A DNA stretch of 62,149 nucleotides from Aquificaceae bacterium (GTDB taxonomy: Bacteria; Aquificota; Aquificia; Aquificales; Aquificaceae). Below, one piece after another: positions 1-9,307 of the stretch (its first letter is position 1; each line of letters starts with the position of its first letter). The stretch covers positions 1-62,149 of the forward strand of contig JBCNVD010000014.1 of the NCBI GenBank assembly GCA_039630345.1, given 5' to 3'. Both the position numbers and the translations under genes were made by a program. Under the pieces are notes generated by a model that saw only the letters and a program-made list of their open reading frames with translations, was not told the DNA's origin and did no database searches.

Positions 1-164
1 ATACCAACTGAAAGACCAACCAGCGCAGGAGTTGAACCACTGAGAGTAGAAACATAAGGGGACAAAACTGGCAAAAGCAGGAAAATACCCAGCATCCTCA
101 CTGCCACTGCAAAGGATATAATCCCGACTGCACGGAGCTCTGAAGGGCTAAAGTCTCTAAACAT
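1..164 (-). CDS. MFS transporter (YajR-like), N-terminal part; runs off the window edge
   Basis: Manual translation from ATG at 164 gives [54 protein letters not shown]. The hydrophobic helix with RMLGxFLxLPVL is typical of YajR-type MFS. Overlaps the pheS stop. Confidence 0.7.
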   Translation of the reverse strand, partial: MFRDFSPSELRAVGIISFAVAVRMLGIFLLLPVLSPYVSTLSGSTPALVGLSVG

Positions 165-1167
165 TAAACTGCCTTAGAAATCTAATATCGTTTTCAAAAA
201 AGGTTTTTATGTTTTCAACTCTGAAAAGCAACATGGCAAGTCTCTCAAGCCCGGCACCAAAGGCAAAGCCGTTATAAACTTCAGGGTCAAGAAGGCAGTT
301 TCTAAGAACCTGCGGATGCACCATTCCGCAACCCATGACCTCAAGCCAGCCTGTGCCCTTGCAGACATTGCAACCACTTCCAAGACAAAAAATGCACCTT
401 ATATCAACCTCTGCAGAAGGTTCAGTAAATGGAAAGTAAGACGAGCGAAAGCGAAGCTTAGCACTTTCGCCAAAGAAATCGCTTAAAAATCCCTCTATTA
501 AAGCACGCATATGACCAAAGGAAAGATCTTTGTCAATTACCAGACCTTCAATCTGATGAAACATCGGAGAATGGGTTGGATCATCGTCTCTTCTAAAGAC
601 TCTTCCAGCAGATACCATATAAATTGGGGGAGCTGAACTTAGAAGCGCCCTTATCTGAACGCAGGAGGTATGAGTGCGAAGCAAATATCCTTCGAGGTTT
701 ACATAAAATGTATCCTGCATATCGCGTGCAGGGTGGTCTTTTGGAACGTTTAAGAGGTCAAAGTTATAGTCTTCTCTCTCAAGTATTGGTCCGTTCCAGA
801 CTGAAAATCCAAGGGAGCGAAAATATCCAAGGATTTTTCTTTTTACTGTGGAAATTGGATGCAAACTGCCCACGGAATGTTCCAGAGGGATTGTCAAATC
901 CTGCCATTTTTTAATTAGCTCTTGCTGAAGAGATTGATTTTTGAGTTTATCTTCAAGTTCGCTTATGGAATCAAAAATCAGGGCTTTTAGCTGGTTCAAT
1001 TGCTGTCCCAAAACAGGCTTTTTATCCGCTGGGAGGTCTTTTAAAGATTTTAAGAGATCGTTGATTTTACTAAGATACTCTGACTTTAACCTTTTTAACT
1101 CCTCGCTGGATTTTATCTCTTTGAGTTTTGAAAAAAACTCAGATTTTAAGCCATCAATATCAGGCAT
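157..1167 (-). CDS. pheS: Phenylalanine--tRNA ligase alpha subunit
   Basis: Motifs [48 protein letters not shown]. Confidence 0.98.
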   Translation of the reverse strand: MPDIDGLKSEFFSKLKEIKSSEELKRLKSEYLSKINDLLKSLKDLPADKKPVLGQQLNQLKALIFDSISELEDKLKNQSLQQELIKKWQDLTIPLEHSVGSLHPISTVKRKILGYFRSLGFSVWNGPILEREDYNFDLLNVPKDHPARDMQDTFYVNLEGYLLRTHTSCVQIRALLSSAPPIYMVSAGRVFRRDDDPTHSPMFHQIEGLVIDKDLSFGHMRALIEGFLSDFFGESAKLRFRSSYFPFTEPSAEVDIRCIFCLGSGCNVCKGTGWLEVMGCGMVHPQVLRNCLLDPEVYNGFAFGAGLERLAMLLFRVENIKTFFENDIRFLRQFNV

Positions 1168-1513
1168 TTAGTTTTTCCTTGGCGAGCTTTACCAGAGATT
1201 CAAAATTTTGAGGGTCTCTGATAGCGATTTCAGATAGCATTTTACGATTAAGGGTTATGCCAGCAAGGCTTAAACCTTTTATAAACTTGCTATAGCTAAG
1301 TCCATAAACTCTTACTGCGGCATTTATCCTGCTAATCCAGAGGCTCCTAAACTGGCGCTTGCGTTGACGGCGGTCTCTATATTGATATTGAAGGGCTCTA
1401 AAGACATACTCTTTTGCACGTCTGTAGACATTTTTCCGCTGACCCCGAAAGCCTTTTGCCAGCTTCAGAATCTTTTTCTTAAACTTTCTTGAAGAAGGGC
1501 CTTTAACTCGCAT
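1160..1513 (-). CDS. rplT: 50S ribosomal protein L20
   Basis: MRVK...LAKGFRG...[22 protein letters not shown]; adjacent to pheS. Confidence 0.98.
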   Translation of the reverse strand: MRVKGPSSRKFKKKILKLAKGFRGQRKNVYRRAKEYVFRALQYQYRDRRQRKRQFRSLWISRINAAVRVYGLSYSKFIKGLSLAGITLNRKMLSEIAIRDPQNFESLVKLAKEKLNA

Positions 1514-2732
1514 AAGGTTTTATTATAGCCCTTACCTCGCCAACAAGATAGAGAGAGCCAAAAACAACCACATCTTTATCAAGAGAAAAAACCTGCTTAG
1601 GGCTTTCAAGACAATGGCATAAAATGCCAATCTCCTCGCAGGCTGATTTTAAAATCTCAAGCTCAAGAGCTCTATGGTGGTTAATTTTGGTTATATAAAT
1701 CTCTTTAAAAAACTCTGAAATTATCCTTAGAGAGAGCTTCCAGTCTTTGTCTTTAAGAGTTGAGAAAACCGGAGTTATAGAGGGAAAATGGACCTTAAGC
1801 GCTTTACAAAGACTTAAAATCGCATCAGGGTTATGAGCTCCATCTAAAAAAATTGCCGGGCTTTCTCTAATTAGCTCCATTCTCCCCTCCCATCTTGATA
1901 TCGAGAGCGCCCTGGAGGTTAAATCAGGCGAGAGCTTAACAACGCTTGACGCAAGGGCTATGGCAGTAGCGGAGTTTTCAATTTGCCACTCTCCCCAAAG
2001 ACCTAGCTTGACATCTCTTAAGTTAAGGTCTCTAAATTCAAAACTATCAAGATAGGTCTGAGTGCCACATACCCGACCGTGGGCAAGGAAGTCAAGACCA
2101 CCGACTATAAGGTCTTTTAAATCACAAAAACTGGTCGCAATCGGATATAGAGGAAAGCGCATGTTTCCAAGTATCAGAGGTCTTGTTTTTACATAAATAC
2201 CGAGTTTTTCCATGGCTCTTTGGCTCTGTTTTTCGCCAAGCCATTTGGTGTGGTCTCTCTGGACATTTGTTATTGCACAGGCTACTGGATTAGAGACCTT
2301 GGTTGCATCCCATCTTCCGCCCATTCCAACCTCAAAGATGGCAAAATCGACATTTTTTTGCTCAAAGTAAATGAGCGCAACCAGAGTGCAGGCTTCAAAA
2401 TAACTTAGGTCAAAACGCTCAAAGACGGGTTTCAGGTCTTTTATTAAATCTTTAAGCTCTTGCTCGCTTATTAACTCAGAGTTTACTCTCCAGCGTTCTC
2501 TTTCGTCTATTAAGTGAGGTGAAATAAACCAGCCTACTTTGTAACCGTGTGAGATAAGTATGGAGTTTAAAAACGCACATGTAGAGCCTTTGCCGTTTGT
2601 GCCACCTACCTGAAGCGAGCGATAAGAGGGCTTGAGATTAAGATAGCTAACAGCTCTCTTTATGCGCTCAAGGGTCGGAACAATCTGACCTGCCTTTAGG
2701 CGATAGAGGTCAAAAAGGCGCATAAGGGGCAA
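1503..2732 (-). CDS. folC: Bifunctional folylpolyglutamate synthase/dihydrofolate synthase
   Basis: [11 protein letters not shown]-loop, [36 protein letters not shown]. Confidence 0.95.
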   Translation of the reverse strand: MPLMRLFDLYRLKAGQIVPTLERIKRAVSYLNLKPSYRSLQVGGTNGKGSTCAFLNSILISHGYKVGWFISPHLIDERERWRVNSELISEQELKDLIKDLKPVFERFDLSYFEACTLVALIYFEQKNVDFAIFEVGMGGRWDATKVSNPVACAITNVQRDHTKWLGEKQSQRAMEKLGIYVKTRPLILGNMRFPLYPIATSFCDLKDLIVGGLDFLAHGRVCGTQTYLDSFEFRDLNLRDVKLGLWGEWQIENSATAIALASSVVKLSPDLTSRALSISRWEGRMELIRESPAIFLDGAHNPDAILSLCKALKVHFPSITPVFSTLKDKDWKLSLRIISEFFKEIYITKINHHRALELEILKSACEEIGILCHCLESPKQVFSLDKDVVVFGSLYLVGEVRAIIKPYAS

Positions 2733-3335
2733 TTATAGCCCCGAGAGAAAATCGAAGCTAAAAGACTTTGGGCTAAATTGCGAAATTATCGACTCTGGCA
2801 TGACATTTTTAGGACATGACCTTGAGCAAGCCATACAGTGAGTGCAAAGCTCCGGGTGCATAACCTCATAAGGCTTTGACTCTTCTGAAAGGGCATTGAG
2901 TCTCACAAACAGCATAGGACCTGCGAAAACACCTGTATTCAAAACCGGGCATACGCTGTCGCAGATACCACATCTTATACATTCATGTGCGTTTTTTGGA
3001 AGCTGGCTCTTTGCCGGGGTAAATAGGGGCAATTTCAAACAGGCATTTCTTGAATCCACCACGAGGTCTTTAACCTGAGGATAGTTAGGAAGAGGGTCGA
3101 TTTTAAGTTCGCTGGCGCTTTCAGAGAGCATGGTTTTGCAGGCAAGCACGGGCTTTGAGTTAAGCAAAACACCGCAGGTGCCGCATATACCAGCCCTGCA
3201 CATCTGTCTAAAAGAGAGCGTCGGATCCTGTTCTTTTATCAGCTCCAGAAGCTCAAGAAGAGTTAAGGTCTTTTCCGTCTCTACTGTGTAGCTTTGGTAG
3301 GCTCTGTCTCTTTTTATGTATACAATAAACCGCAT
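2733..3335 (-). CDS. frdB: Fumarate reductase/succinate dehydrogenase iron-sulfur subunit (short form)
   Basis: QDPTLSFRQMCRAGICGTC...LAC [2Fe-2S] motif, plus CIRCGICDSVCP and CTHCMACSRSCP. Confidence 0.8.
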   Translation of the reverse strand: MRFIVYIKRDRAYQSYTVETEKTLTLLELLELIKEQDPTLSFRQMCRAGICGTCGVLLNSKPVLACKTMLSESASELKIDPLPNYPQVKDLVVDSRNACLKLPLFTPAKSQLPKNAHECIRCGICDSVCPVLNTGVFAGPMLFVRLNALSEESKPYEVMHPELCTHCMACSRSCPKNVMPESIISQFSPKSFSFDFLSGL

Positions 3336-3806
3336 TTAGCTATGCTCTTTAACCTTATAGTAGAAGATAAGCACTGCTGTAACGATTGCAATCGCAATTC
3401 CAAATAGCAGTGTATCCAGCGGTTTTTCCCATTTGACAACCTGTTTTGTGAAAGTTATTGCAAGAATGAGGACTATGACGCTTGCGAGTTTTGCCTTTAG
3501 CTGGTCGATGCTTTCTATTTTCAGCCATTCAGGAACCGATAACTTGCCAACAAAAAGCTCGTATAGCCCAACTGCGAAAATGTAGAGAATAACAGATAGA
3601 AGGTGTATATCCATAACCGTTATAAACATCGTAGAGAGCTTTGTGGTGTCTTTATATTCAGGGCTTACAAAAACCATTGAAAGGATGTAAAATAGCTGAT
3701 AAACTCCATAGAAACCAAGAAAAACAGCGCCTATAAACAGGCTAAGGGCGGGCAAAATAGCTATTGCCTTTCCGTATTCTACGAGTTTTTTAATGAGTCC
3801 TTCCAT
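3336..3806 (-). CDS. YqhA/UPF0114 family membrane protein
   Basis: Several TM helices; GLYELFV...PEWLKIESIDQLKAKLASVIV signature. Confidence 0.8.
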   Translation of the reverse strand: MEGLIKKLVEYGKAIAILPALSLFIGAVFLGFYGVYQLFYILSMVFVSPEYKDTTKLSTMFITVMDIHLLSVILYIFAVGLYELFVGKLSVPEWLKIESIDQLKAKLASVIVLILAITFTKQVVKWEKPLDTLLFGIAIAIVTAVLIFYYKVKEHS

Positions 3807-4225
3807 TAATCAAGCCTCGTAGAGATTATTATTAAAACATTTCTCTGTCCTGCTATTGCTTCAGCACTGCCCATAAGGTCTCCAGTTTTGGCAGTTGTCC
3901 CCTGTTCTGAGCTAAGCCTTGCGAGTATTATAACCTTGCCCTTGAGAGGGCGATCGTGGTCTATTTTGTTCTTTCCGTCTATTTTAAACCTGTAGGGAAA
4001 ACTTGGGTCTTTTACATTCAATACCGCAATAGGTGCTGGCTCAGAAAGGTCTCTTACAGAGACTGTTAAAAATCTCTTGTCTTTGATCTCGCTAGAGAGC
4101 TTTGCAGAAACCTGGATAATGCCCTCTATGTTCTGGTTTTTGTAATCTTCAGGGTTAAAGCCCTCCGGGATTGGCTGGCAGGAGAGAATTATCATCCACG
4201 CCAAAATGATTAGAGGGTTTTTCAT
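3806..4225 (-). CDS. Putative lipoprotein resembling the C-terminal Ig-like domain of CcmI/CycH
   Basis: ATG at 4225 gives signal peptide MKNPLIILAWMIILSC (lipobox-like ILSC). Pattern PIAV...FPYRF...ARLS..G....GDLMG. The longer start at 4285 would overlap panC. Confidence 0.55.
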   Translation of the reverse strand: MKNPLIILAWMIILSCQPIPEGFNPEDYKNQNIEGIIQVSAKLSSEIKDKRFLTVSVRDLSEPAPIAVLNVKDPSFPYRFKIDGKNKIDHDRPLKGKVIILARLSSEQGTTAKTGDLMGSAEAIAGQRNVLIIISTRLD

Positions 4226-4242
4226 TACTATATTATTGCGTC

Positions 4243-5079
4243 GTGACGAGGTTAATAAAAGACGTAAAAAACCTAAAAATCGCACTCAGGGAGACAAAAG
4301 GTCAGATAGGGTTTGTGCCAACTATGGGAGCTCTCCACAGAGGACATATAGAGCTTATAAAAAAGTGCAGGGAAGAAAACAGCATATGTGTCGTTAGCAT
4401 ATTTGTAAATCCTGAGCAATTTAGTGAGGGAGAAGACTTTGAAAAGTATCCAAGAAACTTAGAAAGAGACTTTGAAATCTGCAAAAGTGAAGGCGTTGAC
4501 ATAGTTTTTGCACCTGATAATAAAGAGATATATCCGGAAAAACCCCAGATTGTTATAGAAATTCCAGGGCTTACTGATGTGCTTGAGGGAAAATTCAGAC
4601 CTGGGCACTTCAGGGGAGTTTGCATAGTTGTTTGCAAGTTATTTAACTTAATCCGTCCAGAGCGAGCGTATTTTGGAGAAAAAGACTTTCAACAGCTTAT
4701 TGTGGTAAAAAGGCTGGTTAAGGACCTTGGATTTGACATAGAGATAGTCCCGGTTCCTACAGTAAGGGATTCAGATGGGCTGGCTCTGAGTTCAAGAAAT
4801 GTTTATCTTTCTGAGAGTGAAAGAGAGAGTGCCAGATGTATATATCGCTCGTTTGAGCTATTTGAGGAGCTATTTAGAAAAGGCTCTCCTTTAGAGGAAA
4901 TAAGAGACAAGATGCAAAAATTTATACTCTCGCACAGGCATGTTAGAGGGATTGACTATATTGAATTTACTGACGAGTTTTTAAAGCCTGTGAAGGAGCT
5001 AAAGACAGGTCACAGGGTGCTTGTCGCAGTAAGATTTGATAGCGCAAGACTCATTGACAACTGGGAGGTAAGAAAATGA
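4243..5079 (+). CDS. panC: Pantoate--beta-alanine ligase
   Basis: GFVPTMGALHRGH, SIFVNPEQF, RPGHFRGV, YFGEKDFQQ, GLALSSRN, RLIDN. Confidence 0.98.
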   Translation: MTRLIKDVKNLKIALRETKGQIGFVPTMGALHRGHIELIKKCREENSICVVSIFVNPEQFSEGEDFEKYPRNLERDFEICKSEGVDIVFAPDNKEIYPEKPQIVIEIPGLTDVLEGKFRPGHFRGVCIVVCKLFNLIRPERAYFGEKDFQQLIVVKRLVKDLGFDIEIVPVPTVRDSDGLALSSRNVYLSESERESARCIYRSFELFEELFRKGSPLEEIRDKMQKFILSHRHVRGIDYIEFTDEFLKPVKELKTGHRVLVAVRFDSARLIDNWEVRK

Positions 5080-5534
5080 ATGTGTTTGAAGGAAACCTTA
5101 TTGCACAGGATATGAGCCTTGGGATAGTCGTAAGTAGATATAACCATCTTATTTCAGACAGGTTGGTTGAAGGGGCAATAGATTGCTTTTTAAGACACGG
5201 AGGAAGAGCTCAAAACCTAATCGTTGCTAAAGTACCGGGCTCCTGGGAGGTTCCGCTTGTTGTAAAAAGTCTTTTGCCAAAAGTAGAGGGAGTGGTTGCT
5301 CTGAGCGTTCTTATAAGGGGGCAGACTTCTCACTTTGAGTATATTGCAAGTGAGCTTACCAAAGGTCTTGCGCAGATAAGTCTTGAGATGTCAAAGCCGG
5401 TCACTTATGGGGTAATAACGGCGGATAATTTAGAGCAGGCGCTTGAGCGCGCAGGTAGCAAACACGGAAACAAAGGCTGGGAAGGCATGCTCGCTCTTAT
5501 AGAGATGGTTAACCTGCTCAGAAACATAAAATGA
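5076..5534 (+). CDS. ribH: 6,7-dimethyl-8-ribityllumazine synthase
   Basis: VPGSWEVP, IRGQTSHFEYI, QALERAGSKHGNKG. Confidence 0.97.
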   Translation: MNVFEGNLIAQDMSLGIVVSRYNHLISDRLVEGAIDCFLRHGGRAQNLIVAKVPGSWEVPLVVKSLLPKVEGVVALSVLIRGQTSHFEYIASELTKGLAQISLEMSKPVTYGVITADNLEQALERAGSKHGNKGWEGMLALIEMVNLLRNIK

Positions 5535-5947
5535 TTCACAGGAAGCGCTCAAGGAGAGATGCTTTTTTGATACTCTATCAATGGGAAATTACAGGAAAAG
5601 ACCTCGAGGAACTTACCGAGAGTTTTTATAAGTGCTTTAGAGCTCATTCAGAAAGGAAGAGATACACAAGGATGATAATAAGGCTATTTAAACAAAACAT
5701 ACAAACTCTTGAAAAGAGACTCGCACAGCAACTAAAAGGTAGAGACCTTATGAGTCTTGGCAGTATAGAGAGAGCAATTTTAAGAGTTGCAATTACCGAA
5801 ATTGAGTTAAAAAAAACGCAAAAGCCGAGTGTGGCTATTAAAGATTATGTAAGGATAACGTCTAGGTATTCAGATTCCAGTCAGGTCAAGTTAGTTAACG
5901 GGGTTTTGGGTCAGCTTTTTAAGAATCTCTCTTTTCCTGAGCCTTGA
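5531..5947 (+). CDS. nusB: Transcription antitermination factor NusB
   Basis: Arg-rich N-terminus, ILYQWEI, ERAILR, LVNGVL; conserved ribH-nusB order. Confidence 0.9.
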   Translation: MIHRKRSRRDAFLILYQWEITGKDLEELTESFYKCFRAHSERKRYTRMIIRLFKQNIQTLEKRLAQQLKGRDLMSLGSIERAILRVAITEIELKKTQKPSVAIKDYVRITSRYSDSSQVKLVNGVLGQLFKNLSFPEP

Positions 5948-6107
5948 CCTCTTTGGGTTTATCTTCCTCGCCGGTTAGGGCTTTTTTGAAGTTTCTTATT
6001 CCCTCGCCGAGAGACTTTCCAAGCTCTGGCACTCTGTTTGCGCCAAAGAGTAAAAGGACCATAAAAAGGATTATCAAAATCTCACTTAGAGAGAGATTAG
6101 GAATCAT
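5919..6107 (-). CDS. tatA: Twin-arginine translocase TatA/E subunit
   Basis: EILIILFMVLLLFGANRVPELGKSLGEGIRNFKKA; GGGAG SD 7 nt before ATG 6107. Confidence 0.95.
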   Translation of the reverse strand: MIPNLSLSEILIILFMVLLLFGANRVPELGKSLGEGIRNFKKALTGEEDKPKEVKAQEKRDS

Positions 6108-6179
6108 CGCCAAACTCCCTTAAGTGGCAAGATTTGGTCTATTAAACCAGCCACCAAAGTAATTATTATAGGCAAGAGC

Positions 6180-6207
6180 TTGACAGGTTCAATCAATATG
6201 GTATTAT
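6180..6207 (+). promoter_or_regulatory. Sigma70-type promoter of the cold-shock gene
   Basis: TTGACA (6180-6185), 16-nt spacer, TATTAT (6202-6207) with extended TG; SD AGGAGG follows. Confidence 0.7.
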
Positions 6208-6225
6208 TCAAACCAGGAGGTTTTG

Positions 6226-6435
6226 ATGCTTTATAGAGGCACAGTTAAGTGGTTTAGCAAAGAGAAAGGCTACGGTTTTATAACCAGGGAAGATGAGGGC
6301 GGGGATGTTTTCGTTCACTACTCAGACATTCAACAAAAGGGTTTTAAAAACCTCGAGCAAGGACAGGTTGTTGAGTTTGAGGTAGAGCAAGACCAGAAAG
6401 GGGCGAGGGCTAGAAAAGTCAGGGTAGTTTCATAA
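6226..6435 (+). CDS. cspA: Cold-shock domain protein
   Basis: [15 protein letters not shown] (RNP1), DVFVHYSDI (RNP2), LEQGQVVEF. Confidence 0.95.
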   Translation: MLYRGTVKWFSKEKGYGFITREDEGGDVFVHYSDIQQKGFKNLEQGQVVEFEVEQDQKGARARKVRVVS

Positions 6436-7905
6436 GTGGATTTAAGACCGACAGGTCTTCCACTTAGCGTAAAGAGTCACGACAGCCAGGAAGCTGGTTT
6501 TTGCCCTTATTGTTCCTGTGGATGCTCTTTTATAGCCTATATCAAAAACGGGGCTTTGAAAGATGTTTATGGGCATCCTGGATGTGTAGTTGGCATGGGG
6601 AGTCTTTGCACTAAAGGTATTACTTACCTTCAGGATATAGTAAATAGTCCCTTTAGACTGAAAGGTTTTTATATGGAAAAAGAGGCTGTGAGTAGGGAAA
6701 GGGTCTTAAAGGCTCTCAGGGAAAACATAAAGGGCAAAAGGGTGGCTTTTATTTTGACAAAGCAGGCGAGCCTTGAAGATTTCGCTGTTGCGAAAAAAGC
6801 AGGTGAGGTTTTTGTCGATGCGCCTTTGATTGATTTTGAAAGTTGCACGCTTGAGCTGAGAGAATGGGCAAAGGCAAAGCTAATTATCAGCATAGATGCC
6901 GAGCCAACGCTTAGCGATGTGATGGCGATGAGATTTGTTGTTGATGCTATAGAGGCGGGGGCGAGAGTTATTTGCATCAGCGCAAGGTATGAAACTCTCT
7001 GTGCCAAAGCGCACGACAGAGTGCTTTTAAACCTTGGGGAGATGGTGAAATTTCTCGATAGAGAGCTTGAGGAAAATGGGGAGATTGCAAAGCTCTTAAA
7101 AGCTTTCAGGGGGGCGCTTGTTTTAATAGGGGCTCATCTTTTTCTCACGCCCGCAAGGGCGTGGTTTATGTATTTCTTAAAAAAAATAAGAGAAATGGGG
7201 GCAAATTATGCCATTGTTGGGGATATGGTCCGCTATAAAGCAAGGCACATAGGAGAGCTCTTTGAAAGACTTGATGATTTTGACACTATAGTAAGCATAG
7301 GGAATGGGCTCAGGTATTTTTCAGACCAGGAGATTGAAAAGTCAAGGGGGAAGTTTCTCTTTACCTTTAGCGCCATGCCGGATTTTTCGGTTAATGTATC
7401 AAATGCCTGTGTAGGGATTTCTTTAGTGCCTGAGAGGGATTTTTCTGTCTTTAGAGGCGGATTAAGGACAGGAGTTTTTTCAAAAGCTCTTATCAGTCCG
7501 CAAAGTGGATGCGAAGAGCCATGGAGATTGATTGCGGAGGCGATTGATTTGGATACCAAGTTAGAAGATAGGGAAGTGGCTTTTGGGGATATAAAAGCGC
7601 AAAGACCTGAAGGGTTTTTAGAAGCCAGAAGATGGCTATATTCTATAGGGGGGCTTTGCGAAGAGCTTGGGCACTGGAGCTACTGGACTCACGGGCTTGA
7701 ACCTGTGCAAACAGCGCTGGTTTCAAAGGATATAAAAGAAGAAATCCCGAGGCTGGGAGGTATAAGAAAAGTTTACAGCGCAAATATTGCAAAAGGGGTT
7801 GTTTTTTTATCGCCTGAGTTTGATGAATATCAGCCTTTTTTTGAGGGGGTAAGGCCGGGCGCTTTTCAGGGAAGACCTTTTTATCTTGTGGAGGCTCTTG
7901 ATTGA
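6436..7905 (+). CDS. Molybdopterin oxidoreductase-family protein (formate dehydrogenase/nitrate reductase alpha-like), short and divergent
   Basis: N-terminal CPYCSCGC...LCTKG...RL [4Fe-4S] motif of DMSO-reductase-family enzymes; only 489 aa. Confidence 0.65.
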   Translation: MDLRPTGLPLSVKSHDSQEAGFCPYCSCGCSFIAYIKNGALKDVYGHPGCVVGMGSLCTKGITYLQDIVNSPFRLKGFYMEKEAVSRERVLKALRENIKGKRVAFILTKQASLEDFAVAKKAGEVFVDAPLIDFESCTLELREWAKAKLIISIDAEPTLSDVMAMRFVVDAIEAGARVICISARYETLCAKAHDRVLLNLGEMVKFLDRELEENGEIAKLLKAFRGALVLIGAHLFLTPARAWFMYFLKKIREMGANYAIVGDMVRYKARHIGELFERLDDFDTIVSIGNGLRYFSDQEIEKSRGKFLFTFSAMPDFSVNVSNACVGISLVPERDFSVFRGGLRTGVFSKALISPQSGCEEPWRLIAEAIDLDTKLEDREVAFGDIKAQRPEGFLEARRWLYSIGGLCEELGHWSYWTHGLEPVQTALVSKDIKEEIPRLGGIRKVYSANIAKGVVFLSPEFDEYQPFFEGVRPGAFQGRPFYLVEALD

Positions 7906-8522
7906 GATTTAAGCTCGTTGAGACGATATTGCCAGGCGGATCGGAGGTTAAATTGCGCCCTGGTAATTTAGAGATTGAGTTTTTCTCCAAAGAGTTAGAA
8001 GAGAGGTTTTTTCAAAAAAACCAGGAACTTGTGTACGCAGCAGGCGATAGAAAGTTAGAAGAGATTGTGGTTAAAGAGCTCGATGCAAGAGGTCTAAGTT
8101 TGGCAACTGCAGAGAGTTGCAGTGGGGGTTTGCTCTCTTCCAGGATAGTCTCTATCCCGGGGGCTTCAAGGGTATTTCTTGGGGGGATTGTGGCTTATTC
8201 AAACAGGGCAAAGGTAGAGCTCCTTGGAGTCAGAGAAGAAGACCTGATGGCTTTTGGGGCGGTTTCTCAGGAGGTTTGTCTCCAGATGTCAAAGGGGGCA
8301 AAAGCTCGCTTTGGGGCAGATATAGGAATTGGAATCACCGGGATAGCAGGTCCAGGTGGTGCAACACCTCAAAAGCCGGTGGGACTTACCTATATAGGGG
8401 TTTGCATCTTTGATAAGAGCAAAGTCTGGAGGTTTGAATTTTTAGGTTCAAGAGAGGAAAATCAGTTTTTATCAACCCAGTGGGCCATGGAGCTTTTAAG
8501 AAGAGAACTAAAGAGGATATGA
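7902..8522 (+). CDS. cinA: CinA C-terminal domain protein (NMN deamidase, PncC-like)
   Basis: LATAESCSGGL, GASRVF, GAVSQE, ITGIAGPGG, KPVG; no N-terminal MoCF domain. Confidence 0.88.
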   Translation: MRFKLVETILPGGSEVKLRPGNLEIEFFSKELEERFFQKNQELVYAAGDRKLEEIVVKELDARGLSLATAESCSGGLLSSRIVSIPGASRVFLGGIVAYSNRAKVELLGVREEDLMAFGAVSQEVCLQMSKGAKARFGADIGIGITGIAGPGGATPQKPVGLTYIGVCIFDKSKVWRFEFLGSREENQFLSTQWAMELLRRELKRI

Positions 8523-9298
8523 TTGACAAAAGCGCAATAATATCAAAAGAAGCTCAGATCGAAGAAGATGTCATTATAGGTCCATACTGCGTTATAGAGG
8601 GAGAGGTATATATAGGCAAGGGGACACAGATTGGTCCGATGGTTCATATAAAGGGCAAGGTAAGAATAGGACAGGGCTGTAAAATTCACACCGGGGCAGT
8701 GATAGGAGAGAGCGCCCAGCACCTTAGCGAGGATTCAACAAATGGCAAGGTTTTGATTGAGGATGGGGCAGTTATTAGAGAATACGTAAGCATCCATAGA
8801 GCGACCGGAGACAGGACAACCATAGTTGGGCAAAATGCGTATTTGATGGCTTATGCACATGTTGCTCACGATTGCGTGGTTGGTAAAAATGCAATACTTG
8901 CAAACTGCGCAACACTCGGAGGGCATGCAGTTGTTGAAGAGTACGCATTTCTTGGGGGGCTTTGCGCGGTTCATCAATGGGCAAGGGTTGGTAAATACGC
9001 GATGGTAGGGGGGCTATCAGGCGTTTCACTTGATGTGCCGCCATTTTGTATGGCTTCTGGACAGCATGCAAAGTTATACGGACTTAACTTAAGAGGGCTC
9101 AAAAGGCACGGCTTTGGACAGGAAGTTATAAGCGCCCTAAAGCGCGCATACAGGACAATTTTCAGGTCTGGTCTTACAAAAGAACAAGCCTTTAAAATAA
9201 TTGAAGAAGAATACCTAAAGTTTCCAGAAGTTAGAGATATGGTAAACTTCGTGAAAAATAGCAAAAGAGGGGTGACAAGGGATGCTTTGGTAGTATAA
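8519..9298 (+). CDS. lpxA: Acyl-ACP--UDP-N-acetylglucosamine O-acyltransferase
   Basis: Hexapeptide repeats; IREYVSIHRAT, MAYAHVAHDC, LGGHA, VHQW, DVPPF, GLN..GLKR; ATG at 8519 overlaps cinA stop. Confidence 0.96.
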   Translation: MIDKSAIISKEAQIEEDVIIGPYCVIEGEVYIGKGTQIGPMVHIKGKVRIGQGCKIHTGAVIGESAQHLSEDSTNGKVLIEDGAVIREYVSIHRATGDRTTIVGQNAYLMAYAHVAHDCVVGKNAILANCATLGGHAVVEEYAFLGGLCAVHQWARVGKYAMVGGLSGVSLDVPPFCMASGQHAKLYGLNLRGLKRHGFGQEVISALKRAYRTIFRSGLTKEQAFKIIEEEYLKFPEVRDMVNFVKNSKRGVTRDALVV

Positions 9299-9307
9299 AC
9301 TAACCAC

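Noticed and set aside
1160..1513. Absence of infC-rpmI before rplT and of pheT after pheS
   Set aside because: Operon fragmentation is general in this window and typical of the inferred lineage; it is not evidence of gene loss.
7903..7905. TGA at the end of the molybdoenzyme-like ORF as a selenocysteine codon
   Set aside because: It overlaps the TTG start of cinA, a normal coupled junction, and is not at an active-site position.
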